Of a stretch of DNA of 64,000 nucleotides, positions 1-13,293 are shown piece after piece. Numbering within the stretch: the first letter of the stretch is position 1; every line of letters starts with the position of its first letter. Below the pieces are notes generated by a model. It was not told the origin of the DNA. It worked only from the letters and a program-made list of their open reading frames with translations, and made no database searches. This stretch comes from Neocallimastix sp. 'constans' (lineage: Eukaryota): assembly GCA_050613775.1 (NCBI GenBank), contig JBODTK010000118.1, positions 248,001-312,000 of the forward strand. The letters are read 5' to 3'. A program made the translations under genes and the position numbers.

Positions 1-58
<58 letters not shown>

Positions 59-3000
59 TGAATTCTTAGAATTATTTTTATTAATATAATTATTTGGATC
101 ATTTATATAATAGTTCATTGAGGTATTGCCATTCCGATCATAATAGGAAGAAGATGAATCACTATTCTTTCTTAAATGATTAGCATCTGAATAAGGATTA
201 AAATGTGATTGTGGGTGAGGTTGGGGTTTAGGTGGAGATGGAGGATGATGTTTACCGTAGGTTTCATAGTCATCAAATATTGTATTTCTTCGATCAAAAG
301 AATTTTCCATAAAATGTTCATCATTAAGATAGGAAGAACTATTCGAAAGGGATTGTAAACTTGTACGAACAGGTGGTGGTAAACCTGAGGAAAGAGAATC
401 TAAGGAATCATCAGAATCATAATTATAATTGGGAACTAAATCAGGGAAAAAATTAATTTTTTTAGAACGACGTTTAAGTTTTTGATAGGATGTCGTAGGA
501 TGTGGTTGTGGAACATTGGGATTAGGATTTATATCAGAATTCATATTGGGGTTTAAGTTGGGATTAATATTAGAATTAGGATTCATGGTATTAGGATAGT
601 TATTATTATTATTATTAAAGTATTGACTATTATTAATATAACTATTATTATTATTATTGTTATTATTGTTATTATTATTATTATTGTTATTGTTATTGTT
701 ATTGTTGGTATTGTTTCTGTTATTATTAATACTTTTCGGGCTATTGTTGTTACTATAATTGAGATTATCTTTCAATGAAACCTTCTTAGGTAATAAAGGA
801 TTTAAACTTGATTGAGATAAGTTTTTACGGTATAAATTATTGTCCATACTATCATTGACAAAAATAATTTCTTCATCATAATTTAGACTTGGATGTCTGG
901 AATGACTTTTATTAGAAGAATGATAACTGGAATAATAGATATCATCAAATCTTTTACTTTGACTAATATCATTCATACTAAGATTATTATTATTCGTAAG
1001 AGTAGGAGTATTAGAGGTAGTATTAGTAGGTGTACTAATAGGAGTATAATAACCATTGGTATTCTTTCGACTATGACTACGACTATGACTATGGGTATGA
1101 GTATGGGTATGACTACGACTACGACTACGACTACGATTTTGACGTTTATTTTTTTTTAATTCTTTAGGAATAGGTAATTCTTTATCATAATTTTTTTTTG
1201 ATAGAGGATAGCCTCCCTTTTTACTACCACTACCATTTTTATTAACTAATGTGGTATTTGAAAGATTAGAATTAGAATAGGATTGTAAATTTCCCCCCTG
1301 TTTAGTTTTTTTATTATTCTTGCTATGACGACTGCCATTATTTCTATAATTAATATCATTCATATTGGAAAGGGTTTCCGATGGAAGAATCTTACCGTCA
1401 TTATAATTAGGACTATTAGGAAGATTATTAGAGTTATGTTGATATAAATTTCTGACAGGTACCACAATTTTATGATTACCCGATGAAGATTTTTTAAGAG
1501 AATCAGCATAGAAATAATGATCAATATCTGAATCCGTCCACTGAACCTTATCCGATTCCAGTGTACTTAAGCTGGAGTGATTAGCTTGATACTTTGGAAA
1601 GTATGGAGAATTCATCATCATATTATTTATAGTATTGATATTAGTACTAATATTTCCATTGACTTCCGTTTGATCACTATAATCATTATAAAAGGGATAA
1701 GGATAGTATTGGTAGTCGTCGAATTCATCGTTATATTTCTGTTTAGAGAAACTGTTATTTTTGCCACTATTGGTAAAGGTATTATTATTATTTCTGTACT
1801 TGGTAGGAATATATTCATCGTCTTCATAACGATAATCCTTTCTTCCATTATTTTTATATTTTGTATTTTTATTATTATTATTGTTATTGTTGTTATTATT
1901 GTTGTTTGTATTGTTACTGTAATTATTATCAATTCCCAAAGAGGGTTCTGTAGGACCATTCATATAACGATCATAAGAATCTGTGTAGATATTTGAATAT
2001 TTTAAAGAATCTTGGTAGTCATGGTTGATGTAATTATTTGGATGTGTTTTTTGCCTTTGAGAACCCAATTTAGATTTATTAGGATTGGAAGTTGAATAAG
2101 AATAAGGAACAGTGGAGGGTAAATACTTTGAGGAGGAATAAGGAGGGACCGGCTCATCCTCCGGATAATTTTTCTTTTTAGGGGAACGATTATACTTTGT
2201 GGATGGAAGGTAAGAGTAATGGCCATTCTTTTTGTAGAAAGAATCCTGTTTAGAATAAATTGAGCTAGAGTAAGGCTTGGAATAGGAATCATTTTTGAAG
2301 ACTTTATTTCGCTGAAAGAGGGCCCATTTTATTTTTTGTAAGGAGGGAAGATGGCCACTCTTTCGGTTATGAATAACACCATAGATGACCAAAGAGGAAA
2401 TAAGAAGTAGAAAGAAAATGAAGAAAACAAACCCTATTTTACCCAATCCACCACCATGTCCCTTAGCCGAGCAAAGCTCCGTTACACTATTTTTACATTC
2501 CGAATCCCAAAATTTAGCTCTCTCAGAGAGACAGAGACCCTTATTATCATCTAAGGTGCATGTTTTTATGGGTAGGGTTAGCATTAAGTTAGGGAGAGCA
2601 CCTTCTAAATGATTATTATAGAGCTGAAGGGTAGTGAGACGTGTTAGATTAGATATACTTTCAGGAATAGCCCCTTGCAATTTATTTCCTGCTAAATTTA
2701 AACCTAATAAATTTTGAAGTTGACCAATTTCCGAAGGAATTTCACCAGAAATATCATTATTAATCAAAACCAACTGTTCCAAATTTTTCAAATTCCCGAT
2801 AGCCGGTGAAAGATGTTTTATTTTATGTTTAGATAGAAATAAGGATTTCAGCTCGGTCAACTGACTAATTTCTTCTGGAAAAGTATCTGATTTAATTTGA
2901 AAATTATCATAACCTTGTAATCGTACAGAAACAATTTTGACTTCATTTTGAGTCACATTACATACTAATTTATTGGCGACTTCACCATTTCTTTTTTCTA

Positions 3001-3220
3001 ATTCTAAATCTAGCGTCTGTTTCATAGAATGTATGCTTTTTATATCATCATTAAATAAGGTATCGTTAAGAGGGGTCCCAATACCGATAGCTCTCTTTCT
3101 TATACTTGTATCAACAACAGGACCCCATTGCATATCACAACAATTATTTCCATTCCATACTATGGACATAGAATTCGCTTTAAATAAATTATTAATATAT
3201 TCACAATCTTTGGAATACAT
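1..3220 (-). CDS. Plant-type LRR receptor-like single-pass membrane protein with long low-complexity cytoplasmic tail (3'-partial, >1070 aa)
   Basis: ATG at 3220 (MYSKDCEYINNLF...NCCD). LRRs FPEEISQLTELKSLFLSKHKI / LSPAIGNLKNLEQLVLINNDISGEIPSEIGQLQNLLGLNLAGNKLQGAIPESISNLTRLTTLQLYNNHLEGALP, then a Cys cap, TM IGFVFFIFFLLLISSLVIYGVI (~2372-2437), and an N/S/Y/P-rich tail. Frame is open in every stretch I translated, including the window edge; it is missing from the ORF track, consistent with no stop in the window. No signal peptide after this ATG; an AG just upstream suggests a possible earlier exon. Confidence 0.85.
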
Positions 3221-3602
3221 AACTAATATATATATATATATAAATATTTTTAATAAGATATATCAAAAAATAACTATATAATTTTTTTTCTTGTTGTTAT
3301 TGCTATTATTATTATTTAAAATTTATTGTATATATATATATGTGTGTGTGTGTGTTTGTTTGTTTTGTTATTTGTATGTATTATACTTAAAGGAAAAAAA
3401 AAAATAAAAAAATAAATATGTACATATATATATGTCAATCTTCAAATTATTTGGTAATTTTTTTAAACCTTTCTATATAAATTTAATATTTATTTCTAAT
3501 AAATATATATTTTTATTAGTTTATATTTATTTTTGTTTATATATAAAATGATTATTTAAATTCGGTTTATTCGATAGTGTCTAATTATTTTCTCTATTTT
3601 GA

Positions 3603-3681
<79 letters not shown>

Positions 3682-3906
3682 ATTCCTTTAATATTTTTAA
3701 TTATTCAACAAATAATTTCAAGCGAATAAAAATATGTAATAATTACATAAATGTATACGTATATCATGTATTTCTTGATGGTTTCAATGTTAAGTATTAT
3801 TATTTTTTCTTTTTGTTTTTTTTTTTTTTTTTTTTTGTAATGATTATAATAAATTGTATTTGTAATTGTATTAATTTCAATAATTCAATATATATATATA
3901 TATATA

Positions 3907-3949
<43 letters not shown>

Positions 3950-4588
3950 ATAATAATTATTATTATTAAAAAGAAAGTCGTAATATTTTGTTTTCTCAGA
4001 TACAGAAATAATATATAATTTGTCGTTTTTTACTATAGTCCTTTAAAAAAAGTATATATATAAATATATAGATATAAATGTAGATAGTTATTTATTATTA
4101 TTGAATTATAATGTTTTATATATGTTAAGTTAAAAAAAAGTAGTGGTTTTTAATGTAATCACTTCTTCACCTTTTTTATTTGTTTGCTTGTTTTTCTATT
4201 ATTAATAAAAAAAATTTTTTTCAAATATTATATATGTTATATATATATATCATAAATTAAATAGACATATTCTTCTCCAATATAAAATGACTATCCATAG
4301 ATTAATTTTAAAAAATATTGTTAAAAGTTTATAAAAATTATATAAATAATAAAAAAAAAAATAATAATTAAAAATAAATTTTTATTTTTTTTTTTTTTAA
4401 TCCTTCTTAAATTTGTAAAAAAGTAGAGTCACAATTTTTTCAATTGTTTCTTTTTTATTTTTTCCTTTTTTTTTAAAAAAAAAAAATTATATTTAATGTT
4501 GTTATAATTATTATTATTTTTTTTTTTAATATAGATATATTAAATTCCTCTTTTTCCAATTTAGGTATTTTCTTAATATATCAAATCT

Positions 4589-4646
<58 letters not shown>

Positions 4647-4701
4647 TTGTCAAAATTTTGTTACATATAAAGTATTTTATAATTAAAACAAATAATAAAA
4701 G

Positions 4702-4745
<44 letters not shown>

Positions 4746-5127
4746 AAAAGTTAAATATCTTCTTCAAAAAAAATAAAATTTAAGAAAAAAAAATAATTTT
4801 AATAATAATTTTATTAGTTCTTAATATTTAATATAATAATTACCTTCTTATTGGAAAAAATAAAGAAATAATAAATTATTAATTCAACAAGAATTTAAGA
4901 TAATTTAATTTTTTTTTTTTTGTCTTGTAAAGTAAATGAAAATGTACGTTGAAAAAGTCAATAGTATCTCTAATATTTTTATTTAATATTAAAATACATA
5001 TTGAAGTGGTTAACTTTTAAAATAATTTCATAATATTCTCTCTTAAAAAATTTATTATTTTTATCTTTGCAATTTATTATTATTCTTATTATGATATTAT
5101 GATATATAAAAAGTTATTAAAACATTC

Positions 5128-5164
<37 letters not shown>

Positions 5165-6606
5165 AGAGAAAAGAAGAATACAACATACAACATAAAGAAT
5201 TAAAGAAACGAACAAATAACGTTTGAATAATATACTGTAATATATATAATATATTAATTAATGAGAAAAAAATTAAACTATTTTACAGTAGAACTACTAT
5301 ATTTTATAATAAAATAATATAAAATTTCATAATAAAATAATATAAAATATATAATAAAATAATATAAAAAATCTAAAATAAAAAAAAAAAAATAAAAATG
5401 AAATAGAATGAAGTCTTTTTTAATTAATTAAAAAAATTTAACTTCCAAATTAAATTTTTATTTTATTTTATTTTATATTTTCTAATTAATTCCAATTATT
5501 AAATATTATATATCATTATATATATATGTACATATATATATTTTTTTTTAATTAAATTTTTTAAATTTTAAATATTATTAAAAAAAATATTGGAAAAAAA
5601 AATAATTTAAAAAACTTTATATTTTTTTTATACCAAAAAGATAAAAAAAATATTAAAAAAAAAAAACAAAAAAAAATTATGAAAAATAAAATAAATATAT
5701 ATATAATAATTAAAAGAAAATTGAAATAAAACAATATATATAATAATAAAATAAAAATAATATATGAGAATAAAAAGAAACATTATTTGAAATGAAAAGA
5801 AATAATTTAAAATAATATGAAATAAAATAATATATGAAATGAAATAATATATAAAATAAACTAATATATAAAATGAAATATAATTAATGTAAATATTTTA
5901 ATTAAAAAAATAATATATATATATATATATATATATATGATATACTTTTTTTTTTAATTAAAAAATAAAACTTAAATTTAAAAATTACTATACTACTTTA
6001 ATTATTTTTTTACAAAAAAATAAAAAAAAAACTCTACAATTCCATGTTACGAAAAGAAAGAGATATGATATATTATATATACTATTGTATAGTACGTACA
6101 AAAATATAAAATAAAATAGAAATTAATTATTTTTAAATATTGAACAATAAAAGAATTCAATTTTTACTATGGATGAGTAATTAAAAAAAATAATTTTTTT
6201 TAACAATTTTTTAATAATTAAATAAAAATAAATGAAATTTTTTATTGCTATTAGTAGATATAATAATATAAAAAATCTAATATTTCTGAAGTTATACAAA
6301 CTTACTTAAAAAAAAAAAAAATATATATATATATATGAATATAGAAATAGCATATTATAAAAAATATTATATATATTTATGTTATCTCCAATAGAAGTTC
6401 CATAAAAAATATATATATATCTAATATTTATTCTACCTCTTATTATCATCATTATATATATAAGCTTGTATTAGATATTACAGAAATAATGAAATCATCA
6501 TAAAACTTAAATAATATACTTTTGGATACTAATTTTCTATCAATTATTTTATTCATAATTAATAAATAACAAATAATAAAAAAAAAAATTTGTATATAAA
6601 GTGTTT

Positions 6607-6650
<44 letters not shown>

Positions 6651-6879
6651 CTGTTTTTTAATTTTATTTAAAAAAAATAACGAAACAATAAATTATTTAA
6701 ATAAATAAATAAATAATAAATAAATATAATTATTAATATAAAAATTATATCATAGCCTCTTATATTAATAGTTATATATATTACTAATCCAATTCTACTA
6801 CTACTACTACTACTATTAATATATTAATATCATTACTTATACTATTAATATTAATGTGTATATTCACACTAATTGTAAT

Positions 6880-8273
6880 AGTCATAGGAATAACAATAAT
6901 CTTTAATATATTAAATACATAATAATAAATATAGAGTACCACTTATTTTAAAACATTTTATAATATTAAGTTTAGTACTTCCAGTATATAGGACCTTTTT
7001 CTCATTATAATAATTCCACCTGAAGTAGATTTTCTATCAGACTTATTACCTGTGAAATCTGAAGTCCGTGCATACAATTAACTTCCCCCTCCCTCTCATT
7101 CCATCATTTTTAATTTTATAATTTTTTGGTACTATTTATATATTTTAAAGTGTTTTTTTATTTTGTTCTAATCTGAAATTGTTGGTTTATGGTTCACTTT
7201 TTCCTTGGAAGCTTTATTTAGGGAGGAAAAAAAATTTCTATTCTTGTACCTTTTGATAGATAAATTAGAGATCGTAATCAGTACCCCCATTTGTTTTTTG
7301 ATAGAAACCACTAGTAGCAAGATGAACTTCATATTTATAAATAAAATTATTACTATTCTTTTTAATAGCGAAGTAAAAACCCATTTAGTAGAAATGATAT
7401 TTTTTTTTTTCACCTTGAGGAACTTTTTGAAACAAAAGTCATAATCTTATTTGAATATAAGTTATTTAATTCATTTTTAATGACATTAACCTCTTAATTT
7501 TTATCGTTGAAACTAATTGCTTTATCATAGCTATTTGGAGAATAAGAATAAATAGATACCATCATATAGGTATCATCTGGATCTTTGGTATAAATTATCA
7601 AGATTTATCGGATTATTAGCTGTACTAATTGAATTGTCAAAATTGGAAGTTTCCTAAATATTATTATTAGTTTGAGATGAGTATTAGAATTATGGACGTC
7701 ATATGAAGAAATATCACACGAGTCATTGGAAATTCCGGTATCATTTTGAAACCTCACGAGAAGTATAATTATTAAATGTATTATCATTTTGCATATTAAA
7801 TGAATCCATTAAATTATTGGTAATTTTATTTAAGGATGTATTTGATTTTTTTTAGAAAAAAAATTGTATTTTTATTTTTATTATTTAATAAAAAAAATTA
7901 TTTTTTTTTTCTTTTTTATCAAAATTTTCATCATTTTTTTGAAAAATTTTTAACAGGAAGAAAATTTACAACACCAGGATCCATCTCACCTGTACCATAA
8001 AAAAAAACCATTCATGTAAACAACATCTGTTATTTCATTATTATGATGAGTAGAATCAATTGATTTATATGCTTATATTATCAAAATCATGAAGATGTCT
8101 ATATTATTATTTGGAATAACCTCCAATAAATTTTATATTATTCACTATATTTTTATTATTTTGTTTTCTCTAATGCAGTAGTGTTTTAGCATCTTCAAAA
8201 TCAAAGTTTTCATCCTAATTATTGGCATTTATCAGAGTAATTCTTTACTTCTGGTGTATTCTAAAGTAGTCTT

Positions 8274-8305
<32 letters not shown>

Positions 8306-8770
8306 TTGAATTTACTAAATAGCTTAATGATTTTTTTTCTATTGTTTCTGGTTTTGCCTCCATTTGTTGTTATTATGCTGAATTTTAATATTATTATCTC
8401 TTCTTTTTTTTTTAGATTAAAATGATATTCTTTCTTTTATGGAATACTCGTTCATATCACAGAGGTAGTAATAATTTTTATTATCTTTCTTTATATCTAT
8501 ATTTATTTTTCTTAATGATATTTAAGTTAGAAAGCTTTTTGATTAAATTTGGAGTTTTTTCCTTTTTTCTCTTGGTAATGTAATCAATATTCATAAGATT
8601 CATCTTCATCTTCATCTTTTTCTTTAGAGTCATCCCAATTTTCAACATACGACCTTGCTAAGATAATTCTTTTATGAGTTTCCAAGTATATTTCATCTAG
8701 ATTACTGTTCAAGTTGAATTGAAACAATATTTTTATAATCATCTGTAGGAATGTTACTTAGGAATTTTAA

Positions 8771-8818
<48 letters not shown>

Positions 8819-9480
8819 GTACCAAATTGAATTTCTTCCATTTTTATGAAGATTTTCTTTGCTTGGCTTAACATTCTAATTACTTCATTTTTATTCTTCA
8901 AACTTCAGAGTCTTTTAAGCCAGTACTCCATATTAGCATTGTTAATACCATATTTTCTCTTGAAACATTTAGTAATACGAAAACTGTTAGTTAGACCACT
9001 AATCTTTTTTAAGAGTTTTTTTTTTTTTTTTTGTTAACATTTTAACTAATTATTAATATCAATTTGGCCTCAATTTTCCCAGCCTCTTTGATAGTTAGTC
9101 TTTTTAGTTCTATTATCCAATAACGGATTTAGAATATTATTGTTAACAGCCTATGGTGCCTTTTTGTTTACATCTGCAGGTACTGTATTGTCGTCTCGAA
9201 CAGGAGCAGATTCTTGACCTGAGATTGGAAGGTTTTAAACTGGTGATATTGTCCGTAATGGCTCTGTTGGCTGCTATATTACCGTTTGAAATGTAAATAA
9301 ATAAAGAATTTATCATTTAAATGACCAATTAATATCAACTTTCAAAAAAATTCTTTAATAGCATAAGTTTTTGGAATGTTTGAAATAAGAAATTTCCATT
9401 AGTTGAAGTTGGACTTTCCGTTGAAGATTTTGATCTTTACTGAAGTAGTTTCTTGAGACAAGTCGGTTTTTTAAAAAATA
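6880..9480 (-). mobile_element. Degenerate, internally deleted Ty1/Copia LTR-retrotransposon remnant
   Basis: Minus-strand fragments in Copia order: gag N-term KIKIFNGKSNFN*WKF (~9440-9390), decayed zinc knuckle YLCDMNEYSIKE (~8470-8435), RT start NELNNLYSNKIMTFV..KNIISTKWVF..KYEVHLATSGFYQ..GTDY (~7480-7270), RNase H SDFTGNKSDRKSTSGGII..GPIYW (~7065-6980). Many stops and frameshifts; no LTRs identified. Confidence 0.85.
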
Positions 9481-9802
9481 TTTTTGAATATTAAAATAGA
9501 ATTAAATGAGACTCATAATCTTTTATTTATATTGTTTATTTATTTAATATAGCAATACAATTTAATATAATAATAAGTAACTATTATGGTTAATAAGAAG
9601 AGAAGTAGATAGTACATTCAGATTGTTTTATATAGAATGTACATCGCATGAATACATTTGGTACATATATGCAATTTTCACAAAATATTTAAAATAATTG
9701 TTAACCATAAATTTGTACAATACAAAATAAATATACTAACTAATTTTATGTTATTTCTAATTATTACCTTTAATAAATAGATTGTATAATAGTATTAAAA
9801 TA

Positions 9803-10735
9803 AATTATTATTTATTATTTATTATTTATTATTTATTATTTATTATTTATTATTTATTATTTATTATTTATTATTTATTATTTATTATTTATTATTTATT
9901 ATTTATTATTTATTATTTATTATTTATTATTTATTATTTATTATTTATTATTTATTATTTATTATTTATTATTTATTATTTATTATTTATTATTTATTAT
10001 TTATTATTTATTATTTATTATTTATTATTTATTATTTATTATTTATTATTTATTATTTATTATTTATTATTTATTATTTATTATTTATTATTTATTATTT
10101 ATTATTTATTATTTATTATTTATTATTTATTATTTATTATTTATTATTTATTATTTATTATTTATTATTTATTATTTATTATTTATTATTTATTATTTAT
10201 TATTTATTATTTATTATTTATTATTTATTATTTATTATTTATTATTTATTATTTATTATTTATTATTTATTATTTATTATTTATTATTTATTATTTATTA
10301 TTTATTATTTATTATTTATTATTTATTATTTATTATTTATTATTTATTATTTATTATTTATTATTTATTATTTATTATTTATTATTTATTATTTATTATT
10401 TATTATTTATTATTTATTATTTATTATTTATTATTTATTATTTATTATTTATTATTTATTATTTATTATTTATTATTTATTATTTATTATTTATTATTTA
10501 TTATTTATTATTTATTATTTATTATTTATTATTTATTATTTATTATTTATTATTTATTATTTATTATTTATTATTTATTATTTATTATTTATTATTTATT
10601 ATTTATTATTTATTATTTATTATTTATTATTTATTATTTATTAATTATTATTTGATTATTTATTATTTATTATTTATTATTTATTATTTATTATTTATTA
10701 TTTATTATTTATTATTTATTATTTATTATTTATTA
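9803..10735. repeat. (TTTATTA)n heptamer satellite, ~130 copies
   Basis: Near-perfect 7-bp tandem repeat; the 339-aa YYLLFII ORF is its translation. Confidence 0.97.
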
Positions 10736-11899
10736 TATATTATTATATTATTATATTATTATTATTATTATTATTATTATTACATGTTTTTGAATAAATA
10801 AAGAGTAAATAATAAATAATAATAAAATAATAGATAAAAATAGAGTAATAATGAATAAAAATAGATTATAATATTAATAACAATAATAATGATTAATAAA
10901 CTAAACAAATTTAAATTAAAATTAATATCAATAATAATAAATTCAACAATAAAATAATGTAAAATAACAATTAAAACAATATTAGGCATTTTACAATAAA
11001 AATACATTAATATTTAATAATAAATAATTAATTTGAATAAAATGGTTGTAATAATAATTAATAAAAATTATGATTGTTCTATTAACAGAAATAATTAAAA
11101 GAATAGTTATAATTGTGTAATAATACTAATAATAATAATAAAAATAATTACAGATATTAATAAATAATATAATATAAAATAATGAATAATAATCATAATC
11201 ATAATAATTATATAAATAATTAGAATAATAATACAATTGGGAATTCATAATTTTAAATTTTTTCATAAATCCATAAAAAAAAAATTGATATAATTTAAAT
11301 AAAAAATAAACATACATCTTGACTGATTAACTATTTAATTATTGTATAAATATATATATATAGTTTTAAAGTTTCTAATCCACAATATTGAAATATAAAT
11401 ATATTATTTTACTTTATTTTTTATAATCAAAATTATTAAAAGTAAATATTAAAAAAAAAAAAAAAGTTTTAACTTTATAATTTATCTTGAGATAAACTCT
11501 CCATAAATATAATTAAAGTTTAAATAATATTTAAATTATAATAATGTTATATAAAGCTATGATAATAATAATAATAATAATAACAAATAAAAAAAAAAAA
11601 TAAAAAAAAAAAGGAATTTCTGTTTTGGATAAAAATTCATAAAATTATTTAAGAAATCCGTATCTATAAAAAGTTTTGAATTATTTTTAAAAATAGTCAA
11701 AATTTAAAAAATTGTATTAAGATTAACCAAAACTTTATTTTAATTCATTCATATATTTTAAATTTAAAGAATTAAAATATATTAAAATATATTATATTTA
11801 TTTTTATAAATTATTAAAATTAAAAAATAATAATAACAGTAATAATAATTCCTAATCTATTGATTTATTAATAAAAAAAAATTGAAGTAAAAAGGTTAA

Positions 11900-11966
<67 letters not shown>

Positions 11967-12523
11967 ATTATATATTATTATTATTATTATTATTATTATA
12001 ATCATTATTTTAATTATTAAATATTTGAAATCAATTGAAAAGATTCATTTATTCTATTAAGATTAAGTAAATATATTTTACTAATGATCTATTATTAGAT
12101 TGTTGACTTTTTTTTTTAGAAAGAAAAAAAGGTATTAATGATAAAAATATACATATTTTATATTTTAATTAATTTTAAGATATTTTAATCTTTTTCATAT
12201 ACACTTCATTTATACACTTCATTTTAAATAAAAAAAAAAGATTATATATGAAAAATTAAAAAAAAAAAGGATGTTTTAAATTCTATACATTAAAAAACTT
12301 TTTTAATATATATTTTTTAAATTCTTTAAATCACATTTTATTAGTATTTTTTTTATAGAAAAAAGATAATAATGAAAGAATGAAAGCATTATATATTTAA
12401 TGGATGACAAATGTCAAAAAAAACAAATAAAAAAAAAGTATATAATCAAATAAAGGTATCTTAAGTTGTAATATTTTATAATGATAAAGAAAATAATAAG
12501 TAATATTTTATAATGTTAAAGAA

Positions 12524-12556
<33 letters not shown>

Positions 12557-12980
12557 TATAATAATAATAGTTTTAAGGATACAAAAAAAATTTATTTTTG
12601 TTATCTACATTTTTAATATTTATTTTTTATCTTATGTATACATTCATTAATAATGTAAATTGTAAATGGTTAATGTACAATACTAATAAATGCATATTGA
12701 TAATGTACAAAAATGGGAAAATGAAAGAATTTTTAGTAGTAATACTAAATTTATAATAATAATAATATAAATAGATTTATTATTTAATAATTTATAATAA
12801 AAATATAAATAGATTTATTGTTTAACAATTTTTTTTTATTAGTCATTCAATTTATTGTTATTTCGTAATATTAATAATTAATTTAACATACATTTTAAAT
12901 AAATACATATTAATAAAATCCCAAAATAATTTTCATATGAAGGAATTAAACCATATTTAAAATTTTGTTTATATTTTTTA

Positions 12981-13293
12981 GTTTAATTCTGTTATATTTT
13001 TTAGTTTAATTCTGTTATATTTTTTAGTTTAATTCTGTTATATTTTTTAGTTTAATTCTGTTTTATTTTTTTGTTTAATTCTGTTTTATTTTTTAGTTTA
13101 ATTCTGTTTTATTTTTTGGTTTAATTCTGTTTTAGTTTTGGCTTAATTCTGTTTTATTTTTTTGGTTTAATTCTGTTTTAGTTTTGGTTTAATTCTGCTT
13201 TATTTTTTGGTTTAATTCTGCTTTATTTTTTGGTTTAATTCTGTTTTAGTTTTGGTTTAATTCTGCTTTATTTTTTGGTTTAATTCTGTTTTA
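12981..13293. repeat. ~23-bp minisatellite (GTTTAATTCTGTT[A/T]TATTTTTT[A/G]), ~14 copies
   Basis: Tandem units of 22-24 bp with variants that change progressively along the array. Confidence 0.9.

Noticed and set aside
893..3281. Several short ORFs on both strands
   Set aside because: Antisense or off-frame shadows of the minus-strand LRR gene.
9782..10801. 339-aa YYLLFII-repeat ORF
   Set aside because: Translation of the 7-bp satellite; no coding features.
12981..13293. Possible CRISPR-like array
   Set aside because: Units are head-to-tail with no unique spacers; no cas genes; eukaryotic context.
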